Shown: in pieces, positions 24,338-32,000 of the stretch
How positions within the stretch are numbered: position 1 is the stretch's first letter
Layout of the letters: the number at the start of each line of letters is the position of its first letter
Origin: Desulfocapsa sulfexigens DSM 10523
GTDB lineage: Bacteria; Desulfobacterota; Desulfobulbia; Desulfobulbales; Desulfocapsaceae
DNA length: 32,000 bases
Assembly (NCBI RefSeq): GCF_000341395.1
Contig: NC_020304.1
Coordinates: 660,001 to 692,000, forward strand
Direction: 5' to 3'
Notes under the pieces: model-generated
The model's input: the letters and a program-made list of their open reading frames with translations, nothing else
What the model was told of the DNA's origin: nothing
Databases searched by the model: none
Position numbers and translations under genes: made by a program

Positions 24338-25747
24338 ATGAAAATAACTTTCCAGGGTGCAGCCAAAACAGTCACAGGATCAAAATTTCTTATCGAGGTC
24401 AACAATTCCAGATTCCTCCTCGACTGTGGCCTCTATCAGGGCAAACGTAAGGATTCCTTTGAGATGAACAGGGAAACTTCCTGCAATAGCGATACTCTTG
24501 ACGCCATCGTTCTTTCCCATGCCCATATCGATCATTCAGGAAATATCCCCTGCCATGTGAAAAATGGCTTTCAGGGTGATATTTTTTGCACCTCCGCTAC
24601 CCGTGACCTGTGTGCAGTAATGCTGCTTGACAGTGCCTTTCTCCAGGAAAAAGACGTGGAATACGTGAACCGTAAACGGGAAAGAGACGGGAAAAAACCT
24701 TTTGAGCCTCTCTACACCAAAAAAGATGCAGTTGCCTCCATGCAATATTTTGTCGGCATGAGCTACAACCGAAAACGTCAGATTCTGCCGGGTGTTGAAT
24801 TGACCCTGGTTGATGCCGGACATATGCTGGGCAGCGCCCATGTCATCCTTGACATTGAAGATATGGACAGTGGCAGGAAGACCAGGTTGGTGTTCAGCGG
24901 TGACATCGGCCGCGCCAATATCCCCATCATCCGTGACCCGCAACCGATAACACAAGGGGCTGACATCCTGATAATGGAAAGCACCTATGGCAACCGCACC
25001 CACCCCCCCTATCCCGAATCGGAAAGGGAGCTGAAAAGAATAGTCAACGAAACAGTGGCAAGGGGGGGGAGCCTGTTAATTCCCGCCTTTGCCGTGGGCC
25101 GAACCCAGCAGATTGTCTATACACTGCACAAGCTTTTTGTAAATGGAGAGATCCCCGATGTGCCAATCTATGTGGACAGTCCGCTTGCCACGAGAACAAC
25201 GGACATCTTTCGCCTCCATCCCGAAACCTACGATGAGGAGATCATGCAGTTTATGCTGGAGGACAAAAATAACAATCCCTTCGGCTTCGAGACACTCAAG
25301 TACACGTCATCTGTGGATGAATCAAAAAATCTGAGCAGTTCAGACAAGCCTGCCATTATCATCAGCGCCAGTGGTATGATGGAGGGGGGACGTATCCTGC
25401 ATCATCTCAAGAGCCGTGCCGGGAATCCGAAAAACACAATCCTTATTACCGGCTGGCAGGCACCCTTTACCCTGGGGCGACAAATTGTCGACGGGAAAAA
25501 AGAAGTTAAAATTTTTGGTGAACTGTATGACATCAGGGCTAAGGTTGAACTTGTCACCGGCTTCAGTGGACACGCTGACCGGGAGGAGCTTCTTGCATGG
25601 GCTGGAGCCATGGAGAAAAAGCCGACACAAACATTTATTGTTCATGGTGAAGAGGAATCTGCCAACGCGCTTGCCACTGCCCTTCATGACACTCTCGGTT
25701 TCAAAACGGTCCATATCCCCAATCCCAACCAGAGTTTTGATATCTGA
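24338..25747 (+). CDS. MBL-fold beta-CASP family metallo-hydrolase (RNA-metabolising nuclease type)
   Basis: HAHIDHSG motif, DAGHMLGSA, ESTYGN and the C-terminal FSGHAD (beta-CASP motif C region). Length of 469 aa is typical for the family. Confidence 0.88.
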   Translation: MKITFQGAAKTVTGSKFLIEVNNSRFLLDCGLYQGKRKDSFEMNRETSCNSDTLDAIVLSHAHIDHSGNIPCHVKNGFQGDIFCTSATRDLCAVMLLDSAFLQEKDVEYVNRKRERDGKKPFEPLYTKKDAVASMQYFVGMSYNRKRQILPGVELTLVDAGHMLGSAHVILDIEDMDSGRKTRLVFSGDIGRANIPIIRDPQPITQGADILIMESTYGNRTHPPYPESERELKRIVNETVARGGSLLIPAFAVGRTQQIVYTLHKLFVNGEIPDVPIYVDSPLATRTTDIFRLHPETYDEEIMQFMLEDKNNNPFGFETLKYTSSVDESKNLSSSDKPAIIISASGMMEGGRILHHLKSRAGNPKNTILITGWQAPFTLGRQIVDGKKEVKIFGELYDIRAKVELVTGFSGHADREELLAWAGAMEKKPTQTFIVHGEEESANALATALHDTLGFKTVHIPNPNQSFDI

Positions 25748-25776
25748 GAAAAGCAGGGGTTACATCAGAGACGATA

Positions 25777-26838
25777 ATGAAAAAAAGCTATGGTAAAATA
25801 TCTGACAAAGCGGGACTGCCACCGGGGAGCCTTGTTCACGTCGGTCAGTATAGAGAAGATCCGATACGTTTTTCCTGGATGGATTACGACGAAACCGGCT
25901 GTAAGGAAAGAGAAGGAAATACTCTAACAGAGAAAACTCAGGCACCGAGGGAAAAGAATGTTCACTGGCTTCATCTCAATGGCGTCCATCAACCTGAGCT
26001 GATCAGACAGATCGGGGAACAACACGAAATTCACAGTCTGACGCTGGAAGATATTCTAAACACCGAACATCGCCCCAAACTGGATGAAACCGACGATGGA
26101 TTCTTCCTTATTGCCAAGATGCCCACATTGGCTGCAGAAGGAACCATCTCATTTGAATCAGTTAATATTCTTCTTGGTGATTTTGGGGTTGCAACCTTTG
26201 TCACCGGTGACCAGGATCCATTCATACCGATACGCTCACGAATACGTAATGGTACCGGTAAGATCAGGAAAAGGGATCATGATTATCTGGTCTATACCCT
26301 TCTTGACTCCGTTATAGACTGCTACCTTGTCGTTATTGAGCAGCTGCAGGACAAAATTCTCGAATTTGAGGAGGAGGTCCTGTATAACGCCCAGCCTGAA
26401 TCATTATTACAGCTCCAGACTCTACAGCGTACCATCCTGCAGCTACGCCAGGTCGTTCAACCAATGAGAGACATGGTGGCAAAGCTTTGCCGTATCGACG
26501 ATCAACTTATCAATGAATCCACCAGGAAGTATTTTGAAGATGTCCTCGACCATATGAATGCCGTCTCCGCCAATACTGATCACTTCAGAGAGTTGCTGAC
26601 TTCGATCCTGGAACTCCACGTTTCCATGATGAACACAAAGATGAATCAGGTGGTTCAACTGCTGACTGTCTTTGCCGCCATTTTCATGCCTCTGACCTTT
26701 CTCGCTGGTATTTATGGAATGAACTTCAGATATATGCCCGGACTGGAAAATCAATACGGGTATTTTATCCTTCTCCTGCTTATGGTCGGGTTGGCCATAT
26801 CAATGATCTTTTTCTTCCGCAAACGGAAATGGCTATAA
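25777..26838 (+). CDS. corA: CorA-family Mg2+/Co2+ transporter
   Basis: Two C-terminal TM helices flank the signature YGMNF (…FLAGIYGMNFRYMPG…). The cytoplasmic N-terminal domain is ~290 aa. Confidence 0.9.
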   Translation: MKKSYGKISDKAGLPPGSLVHVGQYREDPIRFSWMDYDETGCKEREGNTLTEKTQAPREKNVHWLHLNGVHQPELIRQIGEQHEIHSLTLEDILNTEHRPKLDETDDGFFLIAKMPTLAAEGTISFESVNILLGDFGVATFVTGDQDPFIPIRSRIRNGTGKIRKRDHDYLVYTLLDSVIDCYLVVIEQLQDKILEFEEEVLYNAQPESLLQLQTLQRTILQLRQVVQPMRDMVAKLCRIDDQLINESTRKYFEDVLDHMNAVSANTDHFRELLTSILELHVSMMNTKMNQVVQLLTVFAAIFMPLTFLAGIYGMNFRYMPGLENQYGYFILLLLMVGLAISMIFFFRKRKWL

Positions 26839-26860
26839 AAAAAAGAGTAACATCTCATTT

Positions 26861-27841
26861 TCAGCCCTCACCACCCCTTGTCATAAGGATAATAGCAATA
26901 AGAATAGCCAGTGAAACCAGCCAGAGAACCATATAAACGGTGGTAGATTCTCTGGCCCTTTCACTGCCAAGCCAGGTTCTTGGTTTAATCCCTTTGAAAA
27001 TAAAGACAATCTTTGCTGACAGATTCACAGAGACAATATTCACGGCAAGCAGCAGGGCGGCACCTATAGCGAGGTCAAACTGTCCAGCACCAATCATAAT
27101 ACCCATGGTTGCGGCCGGCGGAAGAATAGCAACCGCCACCATCACTCCCACCAGTACACTTGAGAGTCCGGTGGTCAAGGATAGAGCTGCTGCCGCTCCG
27201 GAGGCCAGGGCAAGAGCTACGCTGTCCAGCCCTACATCCGTACGGGCCATAAGTTCATGGCTGGTGAAGGAAACAGGATAGAGATATCCTTCCACAATGG
27301 CTATGGCTGTGGCCAGAGTAAGACCGATGACGTTCGCCTTTACAGCAGCCCACAGAAGTTTGGTGTCGCCAAGGGCGGTTGAAAGGGCCAGGGCAATGTT
27401 AGGTCCAAGCAGAGGAGCAATAACCATCGCCCCTATGATAACCGCGACATTATCCTTGAGCAGGCCTATGGAGGCGACAAAAGTAGACAGGGTCACCAGC
27501 AGCAGAAAATTACTGCCATAACGTGCCCCCTTTTCCACCTCCTGATAAAGCTCCTCTCTGGTTGTTTTCTCAGCAGCAGCTTTTTTCTCTGTTTCCAGTG
27601 ATGGTACATTCTGGGGTAAAACCGCCTCGGGGGTAAACAGAACAATATTACCACCCGGACCGAGAACGCCCTGTAATGCGTCGAGAAGTTCCTGTGTTTT
27701 TTCATCTTCAACCAGAATCCGGTATACGGCCAAATCCTGTGAACCACCGGCCGGCCAGAATTTTCTAACCTCCAGCTTTGTAATTATCGCAGGAAGATTT
27801 TTGAGATTTTCCGGTAAGGCAATCACTTCAACAAGTCGCAT
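26861..27841 (-). CDS. DUF389 / TIGR00341-family membrane protein
   Basis: Soluble N-terminal domain (MRLVEVIALPENL...ELLDALQGV), then a Gly/Ala-rich multi-TM region (GAMVIAPLLGPNIALALS, VGVMVAVAILPPAATMGIMIG). GGAGGA RBS at 27849-27854 on the minus strand, 7 nt from the ATG. Confidence 0.8.
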   Translation of the reverse strand: MRLVEVIALPENLKNLPAIITKLEVRKFWPAGGSQDLAVYRILVEDEKTQELLDALQGVLGPGGNIVLFTPEAVLPQNVPSLETEKKAAAEKTTREELYQEVEKGARYGSNFLLLVTLSTFVASIGLLKDNVAVIIGAMVIAPLLGPNIALALSTALGDTKLLWAAVKANVIGLTLATAIAIVEGYLYPVSFTSHELMARTDVGLDSVALALASGAAAALSLTTGLSSVLVGVMVAVAILPPAATMGIMIGAGQFDLAIGAALLLAVNIVSVNLSAKIVFIFKGIKPRTWLGSERARESTTVYMVLWLVSLAILIAIILMTRGGEG

Positions 27842-28046
27842 TCACACATCCTCCATGGGGAGATACTTTCCTTCGCAAAGGAGAGTTATCGTTTACTCTG
27901 GGTTGACGATCCCCAAAAAAGGGTTTCAAAAATAGCCCAAAGGCAATGGAACATTCCAGGATCACTTGAATTTCAGGCTGAGAGATCATAAGAACTGTAA
28001 TAAGCATACCTGATTACCACTAATCCTCAGCCTACCCGCCTGAGGA

Positions 28047-28153
28047 GGAGTTGTTTCGTGTTGATTATATGGGCATCTGCGGCCTGGACGGCCACAGCAG
28101 AGCCCCCAGGGATGGGTTTATGGCGTCCCATATAATCGACACGAAACAACTCC
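28047..28153. repeat. 107-bp element bounded by 27-bp inverted repeats (26/27 complementary; the mismatch is a T.G wobble in + sense)
   Basis: GGAGTTGTTTCGTGTTGATTATATGGG (28047-28073) pairs with CCCATATAATCGACACGAAACAACTCC (28127-28153). The 53-nt spacer contains a nested imperfect palindrome CTGCGGCC-tggac-GGCCACAG. An adjacent 6-bp hairpin CCTCAG-N9-CTGAGG lies at 28025-28045. Confidence 0.7.
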
Positions 28154-28355
28154 GGGTTGCAAAGCTGAGTTTCGATGGCAATCAGGTAAGCATATGTGAT
28201 TGAATTAGAAAACCAACCAGTCAGTTCCCTGCAAATCGAAAAACCGAGCAATAGAAGCGACAATACCAGCAGCTGTCAAAAAGAGTCTGCCATGTAACAT
28301 GCTGCATGGTTGGCTTACCAGAACTAGAAGTCACGAATTCACCCTAATTGTAATT

Positions 28356-30704
28356 TTAATCAGCAGTATTTGGGTCTGTTCCAACAACCGCAGTGGCTAT
28401 GCTCTCATCTTTTCCTTCCAGGTGCAGTCCGCTCTTAATATGTATATCCCGCTGGGGAAAAGGAATTTCAACACCATGTTCCCGAAAAGACTTGTCTATT
28501 GCAAAATGCATATCGCTACGAACATCAATACGTTTGTCAACATCCTTCAGGTGACAGAACAACTCGAAGTCCAGAGATGACTCACCAAAAGCCTGAAAGC
28601 GGACAACCGGATGGGGGGCTGTACCGTTGGTAATCACTTCAGGGTGTGCTTCTGCCACTTCAAGAAGCAGTCTTTTTACTAACCCGGTATCACTGCCGTA
28701 GGCGACTCCCACGGCCACCTTTACCCGACCCCGTATATCCTGAAGCATCATATTGGTGACCTGGCTGGAAATCAACTCCGAGTTGGGTACAATAACATCG
28801 GATCTGTCAAAGGTCTGAATGATGGTGGAGCGGACACTGATTTTCTTCACATAGCCTTCTGTGCTGCCAACAACAACCCAGTCCCCCCGCTTTATCGGCC
28901 GCTCAAAGAGCAGGATCAGACCGGAAACAAGATTATTAACAATATTCTGAAGCCCAAAACCTATACCAACAGACAAAGCACCTGCAACTATGGCCAGTCC
29001 CGAGAAATTAATACCAGCGGTGCTAAGTCCCAGAAGAATAACAAGACTGTAGCCCACATAACCAAGCACCGTGGAAAGGGCATCCTGTACACTTGGAGCC
29101 AGCTCCGATTCAGCCAGCCATTTACGGATAATTTTATCCTTAGCAAGGGAGACAACATTCCAGCCGAGAGCTAAAATAAAAAAACCGATACCAACCCGGG
29201 ACGGAACAATTGTTACAGTACCAACGCTGAATCCTTCAACCAGCCAATCATAAAACGTTGAAGCATAAATCCTGGAGAGTCCCCACAAGCGAAGAATGCA
29301 ATAAAAAAAGACAATAACCAGTGATAATTTGAGCAGACTGCCCGTCCAGATTAATCCCTTAAAGACCTGACTCGTCTCAATTCCAAGCCTTTTTCTGAGA
29401 GTCTGCTGCCAGAGATACCTGCCCCTTCCAAACCCGCCGACAATTTCATTGATTGCAAACATGCAAAGACTTAACAGAAAAAGAAGGACTATGGTACCAG
29501 AAGTACCTGCCAGGATATGGCTGGCCAGTATTCGATAGCCACTAAGTTCGGCAAGTATGACACCACCAAGCACAAAAACAAGAAATATACGAATAGTTCT
29601 TCTCTGCACTTTAAAGCGTGAAAAGCTGCAGAAGAGCCAGAAAACCCAGAGCAGAATCCCATACCAGAGCATCACGACCAGGGCACGGACAAGAAGGAAA
29701 ACAGTATCTGGAAGAACAGTGCTGAGCGGACTTGTAAAAACAAAAAACAACAGTCCGGAAAAAATGGCAAACAGCTGGAAGCGAATTGTTTTCACTATGG
29801 AAAAATTCACTACAGAACCATTATCCTGCTCTCCGGCAAGTACTTTCCCGTAGAATTTCCCAAAACCTGAGAGGATTAAAACAAGTATAATACTGTTCAC
29901 AGCAGCTGGCAGGCAGGAAGGGGGTTGCAGATCTTTTAACACAAAATGCAGCGACAATGATACTCCTCCAAGAACCCCGAGGAGCTGAAATGTTTTTTTC
30001 CGCTGACTGAGCATACGTAGAAAATCAAAATAGAACCCTTTTTGTTCTATCTGGCTGGCTTGTTGGAAAAGCAGAGAATCAATCCGACTGCCCAGAAACA
30101 GTCCCATTCCGGCAAAGAGGAAAACGAGCAAAAAGTGGTATAGTTTGAGGAAAAAAAAGGCATTACCTGATAACAGGAAACTGGTAACTGCTGATGGCCA
30201 GTGCTCCAAATTAAGCTCCGGCCGCCTGACTAATTCAAGAAATCCTGGTCCCTGGGAAAAAAGATCCCTGGTGAAAACCTCTCGCTTAATATCATTAAGC
30301 TTCTGATCCAGATCTGTTGCTCTGAGTGTCAACAAACGACACTGAGCAAGACGAACCTCAGCCTGATTTTTCTGGGTCTGCAGGCCAGCTCTCTCCCTGG
30401 TGATCTCCCTAGACTCACCGGTCACCTTTTCACCAAGAGCAGCAAGAGTTGTATCTATTTGTTCCAGTTCCTGCCCAACTGCATGCACACAATTTTTTCC
30501 CTGAGCTAAATATCCCTGCACCTGAAGTACCAGGACATCAACCTGGGCCAGTGACGTATCCTCCAGATTAATCTGAGAAATCTTCGTGATTTCCTGCTGA
30601 GCTGCAGCAAACATATCGTCTTCCTGATCAGCGGAACGTAGGAAAGAGGGATGCATACAGAGGAAAACGAAGAGGAGAAAAGCCGCAATTAACGAATATT
30701 TCAT
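28356..30704 (-). CDS. Mechanosensitive channel, MscS superfamily (MscK/KefA-like large form)
   Basis: Signal peptide, then a ~170-aa coiled-coil periplasmic region, then many TM helices. The C-terminal MscS core reads IVNNLVSGLILLFERPIKRGDWVVVGSTEGYVKKISVRSTIIQTFDRSDVIVPNSELI. Confidence 0.88.
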   Translation of the reverse strand: MKYSLIAAFLLFVFLCMHPSFLRSADQEDDMFAAAQQEITKISQINLEDTSLAQVDVLVLQVQGYLAQGKNCVHAVGQELEQIDTTLAALGEKVTGESREITRERAGLQTQKNQAEVRLAQCRLLTLRATDLDQKLNDIKREVFTRDLFSQGPGFLELVRRPELNLEHWPSAVTSFLLSGNAFFFLKLYHFLLVFLFAGMGLFLGSRIDSLLFQQASQIEQKGFYFDFLRMLSQRKKTFQLLGVLGGVSLSLHFVLKDLQPPSCLPAAVNSIILVLILSGFGKFYGKVLAGEQDNGSVVNFSIVKTIRFQLFAIFSGLLFFVFTSPLSTVLPDTVFLLVRALVVMLWYGILLWVFWLFCSFSRFKVQRRTIRIFLVFVLGGVILAELSGYRILASHILAGTSGTIVLLFLLSLCMFAINEIVGGFGRGRYLWQQTLRKRLGIETSQVFKGLIWTGSLLKLSLVIVFFYCILRLWGLSRIYASTFYDWLVEGFSVGTVTIVPSRVGIGFFILALGWNVVSLAKDKIIRKWLAESELAPSVQDALSTVLGYVGYSLVILLGLSTAGINFSGLAIVAGALSVGIGFGLQNIVNNLVSGLILLFERPIKRGDWVVVGSTEGYVKKISVRSTIIQTFDRSDVIVPNSELISSQVTNMMLQDIRGRVKVAVGVAYGSDTGLVKRLLLEVAEAHPEVITNGTAPHPVVRFQAFGESSLDFELFCHLKDVDKRIDVRSDMHFAIDKSFREHGVEIPFPQRDIHIKSGLHLEGKDESIATAVVGTDPNTAD

Positions 30705-30903
30705 GAACGGTCACTGTGAAAATTAATAGAGAATGTTTCTGAAACAGTATAACTTAGGTACATGACAATAGCAAAAAATCATGTTAGCCATGCGCGTGAC
30801 AGGATCGGGATGGCCACAACGATCTTTGTCGTCGAACAGAGGGTATTCCCAAAATATACATTTCACCTGAAACTCTGCCCCGTACCCCCGAACAGGAGAG
30901 ACA

Positions 30904-31500
30904 ATGGCGTTTCCAACTTTCTCTGACCTCTTGTCCATTTCCGATCCTGAAGTCCTACTGACAGGCTTGGCTGTTTTCACTGCCCGTATCTTCGATGTTT
31001 CCATTGGTACCGTACGCACCATTGTAACTGTTCAGGGACGTACCATACTCTCTTTCTTTCTGGCGGTCTTTGAGGTGACCATCTGGATCACAGTTGTCAG
31101 TGCCGTAATCCTTAAGATGACCGAAATGCCCATACTTATTATTTTCTACTCCCTTGGGTACGCCATGGGAAATGTGGTGGGTATCCTGGTGGAAAGGAGG
31201 CTTGCTTTTGGTATGATCATTCTCAAGGTTTTCAGTTCCTACCATGGCCAGAGAATGGCACAGACATTTCGTGAAATGGGCCAGCCAGTAACAATTTTCC
31301 ATGGTGAGGGAATGAAAGGGCCGGTTGTAGAACTTTATCTGGCCTGCAGAAGGCGGGATCTCAGGTGGATGATTGCCAAAGTCTATGAGATAGACAGTGA
31401 TGCCTTCTATGTTGTTGAGCAGGCAAAAGATGTCAGCAAAGTGCTGAAACCGGTATACTCTCCATTGGGCGGGTGGCGGCAGCGCAACAATAGAAAATAG
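30904..31500 (+). CDS. UPF0316 family membrane protein (DUF5698 + DUF2179 architecture, YebE-like)
   Basis: GGAGAG RBS. Three N-terminal TM segments carry the motif ARIFDVSIGTVRTIVTVQGR. The C-terminal soluble domain reads ...VTIFHGEGMKGPVVELYLACRRRDL...AFYVVEQ and resembles B. subtilis YebE as recalled. Confidence 0.8.
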   Translation: MAFPTFSDLLSISDPEVLLTGLAVFTARIFDVSIGTVRTIVTVQGRTILSFFLAVFEVTIWITVVSAVILKMTEMPILIIFYSLGYAMGNVVGILVERRLAFGMIILKVFSSYHGQRMAQTFREMGQPVTIFHGEGMKGPVVELYLACRRRDLRWMIAKVYEIDSDAFYVVEQAKDVSKVLKPVYSPLGGWRQRNNRK

Positions 31501-31533
31501 CAGACGGGGAATAGTCCTGATACAGGGAAGATA

Positions 31534-31554
31534 TCTTTATTTTTGAAATAAAGA
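31534..31554. terminator. AT-rich perfect hairpin between convergent genes (possible bidirectional terminator)
   Basis: TCTTTATTT-ttg-AAATAAAGA is a 9-bp stem with only one G/C pair. It lies 34 nt after the UPF0316 stop. Its stability is doubtful. Confidence 0.25.
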
Positions 31555-31716
31555 CATAAAACGAGCGATGAAATGTAACGTCTAGGAAGGCACCCGATGG
31601 TTACGATTGGAAGATCAACTCTCCGATTACTTCGGGTTGCAATTCATCCCAATTGCAAACCAGATAAAAAATGAAAAGTGAGGGCAGGCATCGATTTTTG
31701 ACAGACTTAAACAATT

Positions 31717-32000
31717 TCATACATGATGTGGCAGCAATCCACGTTTTTCATCAAGCACTTGTCTGACAATTCTGGCCAATGTTGATCTATCAACGGGTTT
31801 CTTTGCATATTTTTTTATGCCAATTGCCAGGACACTCTCTTCTGTAGCGACAGTGCTGTAGCCAGTGCAGAGGATAATTGGCATGGTCGGCTTTATTTTC
31901 AAAACTTCCTGTGCCAATTCTATCCCGGACAGACCGGGCATGGTCTGATCTGTGATTAACAGGTCAAATTGCTCTGGTTGCAAGTAGATTTTTTCAAATG
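31717..32000 (-). CDS. Response-regulator receiver domain (C-terminal end of a protein whose N-terminus lies beyond the window)
   Basis: The reading frame stays open to base 32000 (…LKKIYLQPEQFDLLITDQTMPGLSG…). It has the phospho-acceptor motif LLITD, conserved T (ILCTGY) and K (KKP). The protein ends just after the receiver, so it may be a stand-alone regulator or the receiver of a hybrid kinase. Confidence 0.85.
   Translation of the reverse strand, partial: FEKIYLQPEQFDLLITDQTMPGLSGIELAQEVLKIKPTMPIILCTGYSTVATEESVLAIGIKKYAKKPVDRSTLARIVRQVLDEKRGLLPHHV

Noticed and set aside
28027-28263. 78-aa ORF on the minus strand in the mscK-DUF389 gap.
   Set aside because: It is read straight through the 27-bp inverted repeats, and the sequence has no recognisable features or RBS. 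The region is more likely non-coding structured DNA/RNA.
31637-31658. 8-bp perfect palindrome TTGCAATT-catccc-AATTGCAA between convergent genes.
   Set aside because: It is a short AT-rich stem with no adjacent U-tract on either strand, so it is indistinguishable from chance.
1-32000. Looked for CRISPR repeats, tRNA/rRNA genes, transposase/integrase genes, toxin-antitoxin pairs and classical defence genes.
   Set aside because: I could see no regularly spaced repeats, cloverleaf-like sequences or recombinase/nuclease-NTPase defence signatures by eye. The beta-CASP MBL protein looks like the housekeeping RNA-nuclease type.

Overview
Bacterial chromosomal window with moderate GC. I saw no rRNA, tRNA, CRISPR array or IS element by eye. 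Bases 1-21672 form one co-directional (+) block of 19 genes.
(1) 1-8295 is a translationally coupled operon (one 3-nt gap, four ATGA start/stop overlaps). It encodes an outer-membrane beta-barrel cut at its 5' end by the window edge, an NHL beta-propeller lipoprotein, three secreted multihaem c-type cytochromes, a TPR protein and a thioredoxin-fold/TPR fusion. The cytochromes carry 32 canonical CXXCH sites plus three CX3CH/CX4CH sites. The fusion has SRQS in place of the CXXC active site. Together these look like a porin-cytochrome-like electron conduit with dedicated chaperone-like accessories.
(2) 8331-8914 is hsp20 behind a near-consensus sigma54 -24/-12 element.
(3) 9194-21672 holds a complete arginine->agmatine->putrescine->carboxyspermidine->spermidine gene set (speB, speA, carboxyspermidine dehydrogenase, nspC). 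It is interleaved with amide-bond ligases, a peptidase and protein-modifying enzymes. These are a GshB-type ATP-grasp overlapping an FGase/DUF1704 metallopeptidase fusion (HExxxH + QEGLA, MATCAP-like); a 60-aa LysW-like zinc-ribbon ORF ending in the acidic tail ...HFEEDDY, behind a second sigma54 element; a citrate synthase; and a RimK-type ATP-grasp/GNAT/SET triad. This is my best candidate for an undescribed system: a small acidic-tailed carrier or substrate protein serviced by ATP-grasp ligases and a tyrosine-carboxypeptidase-like enzyme, genetically tied to polyamine synthesis. That reading is inference, not demonstration.
(4) 21861-32000 holds mixed-strand membrane and ion-homeostasis genes: a small secreted Pro/Arg/His-rich protein, a Na/Pi-cotransporter-PhoU protein, a beta-CASP MBL nuclease, CorA, DUF389, an MscK-like channel, UPF0316 and a receiver domain cut by the window edge. 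A 514-bp non-coding gap here contains a 107-bp element with 27-bp inverted repeats.
The gene content suggests an anaerobic Desulfobacterota-type organism, but that is only a guess.
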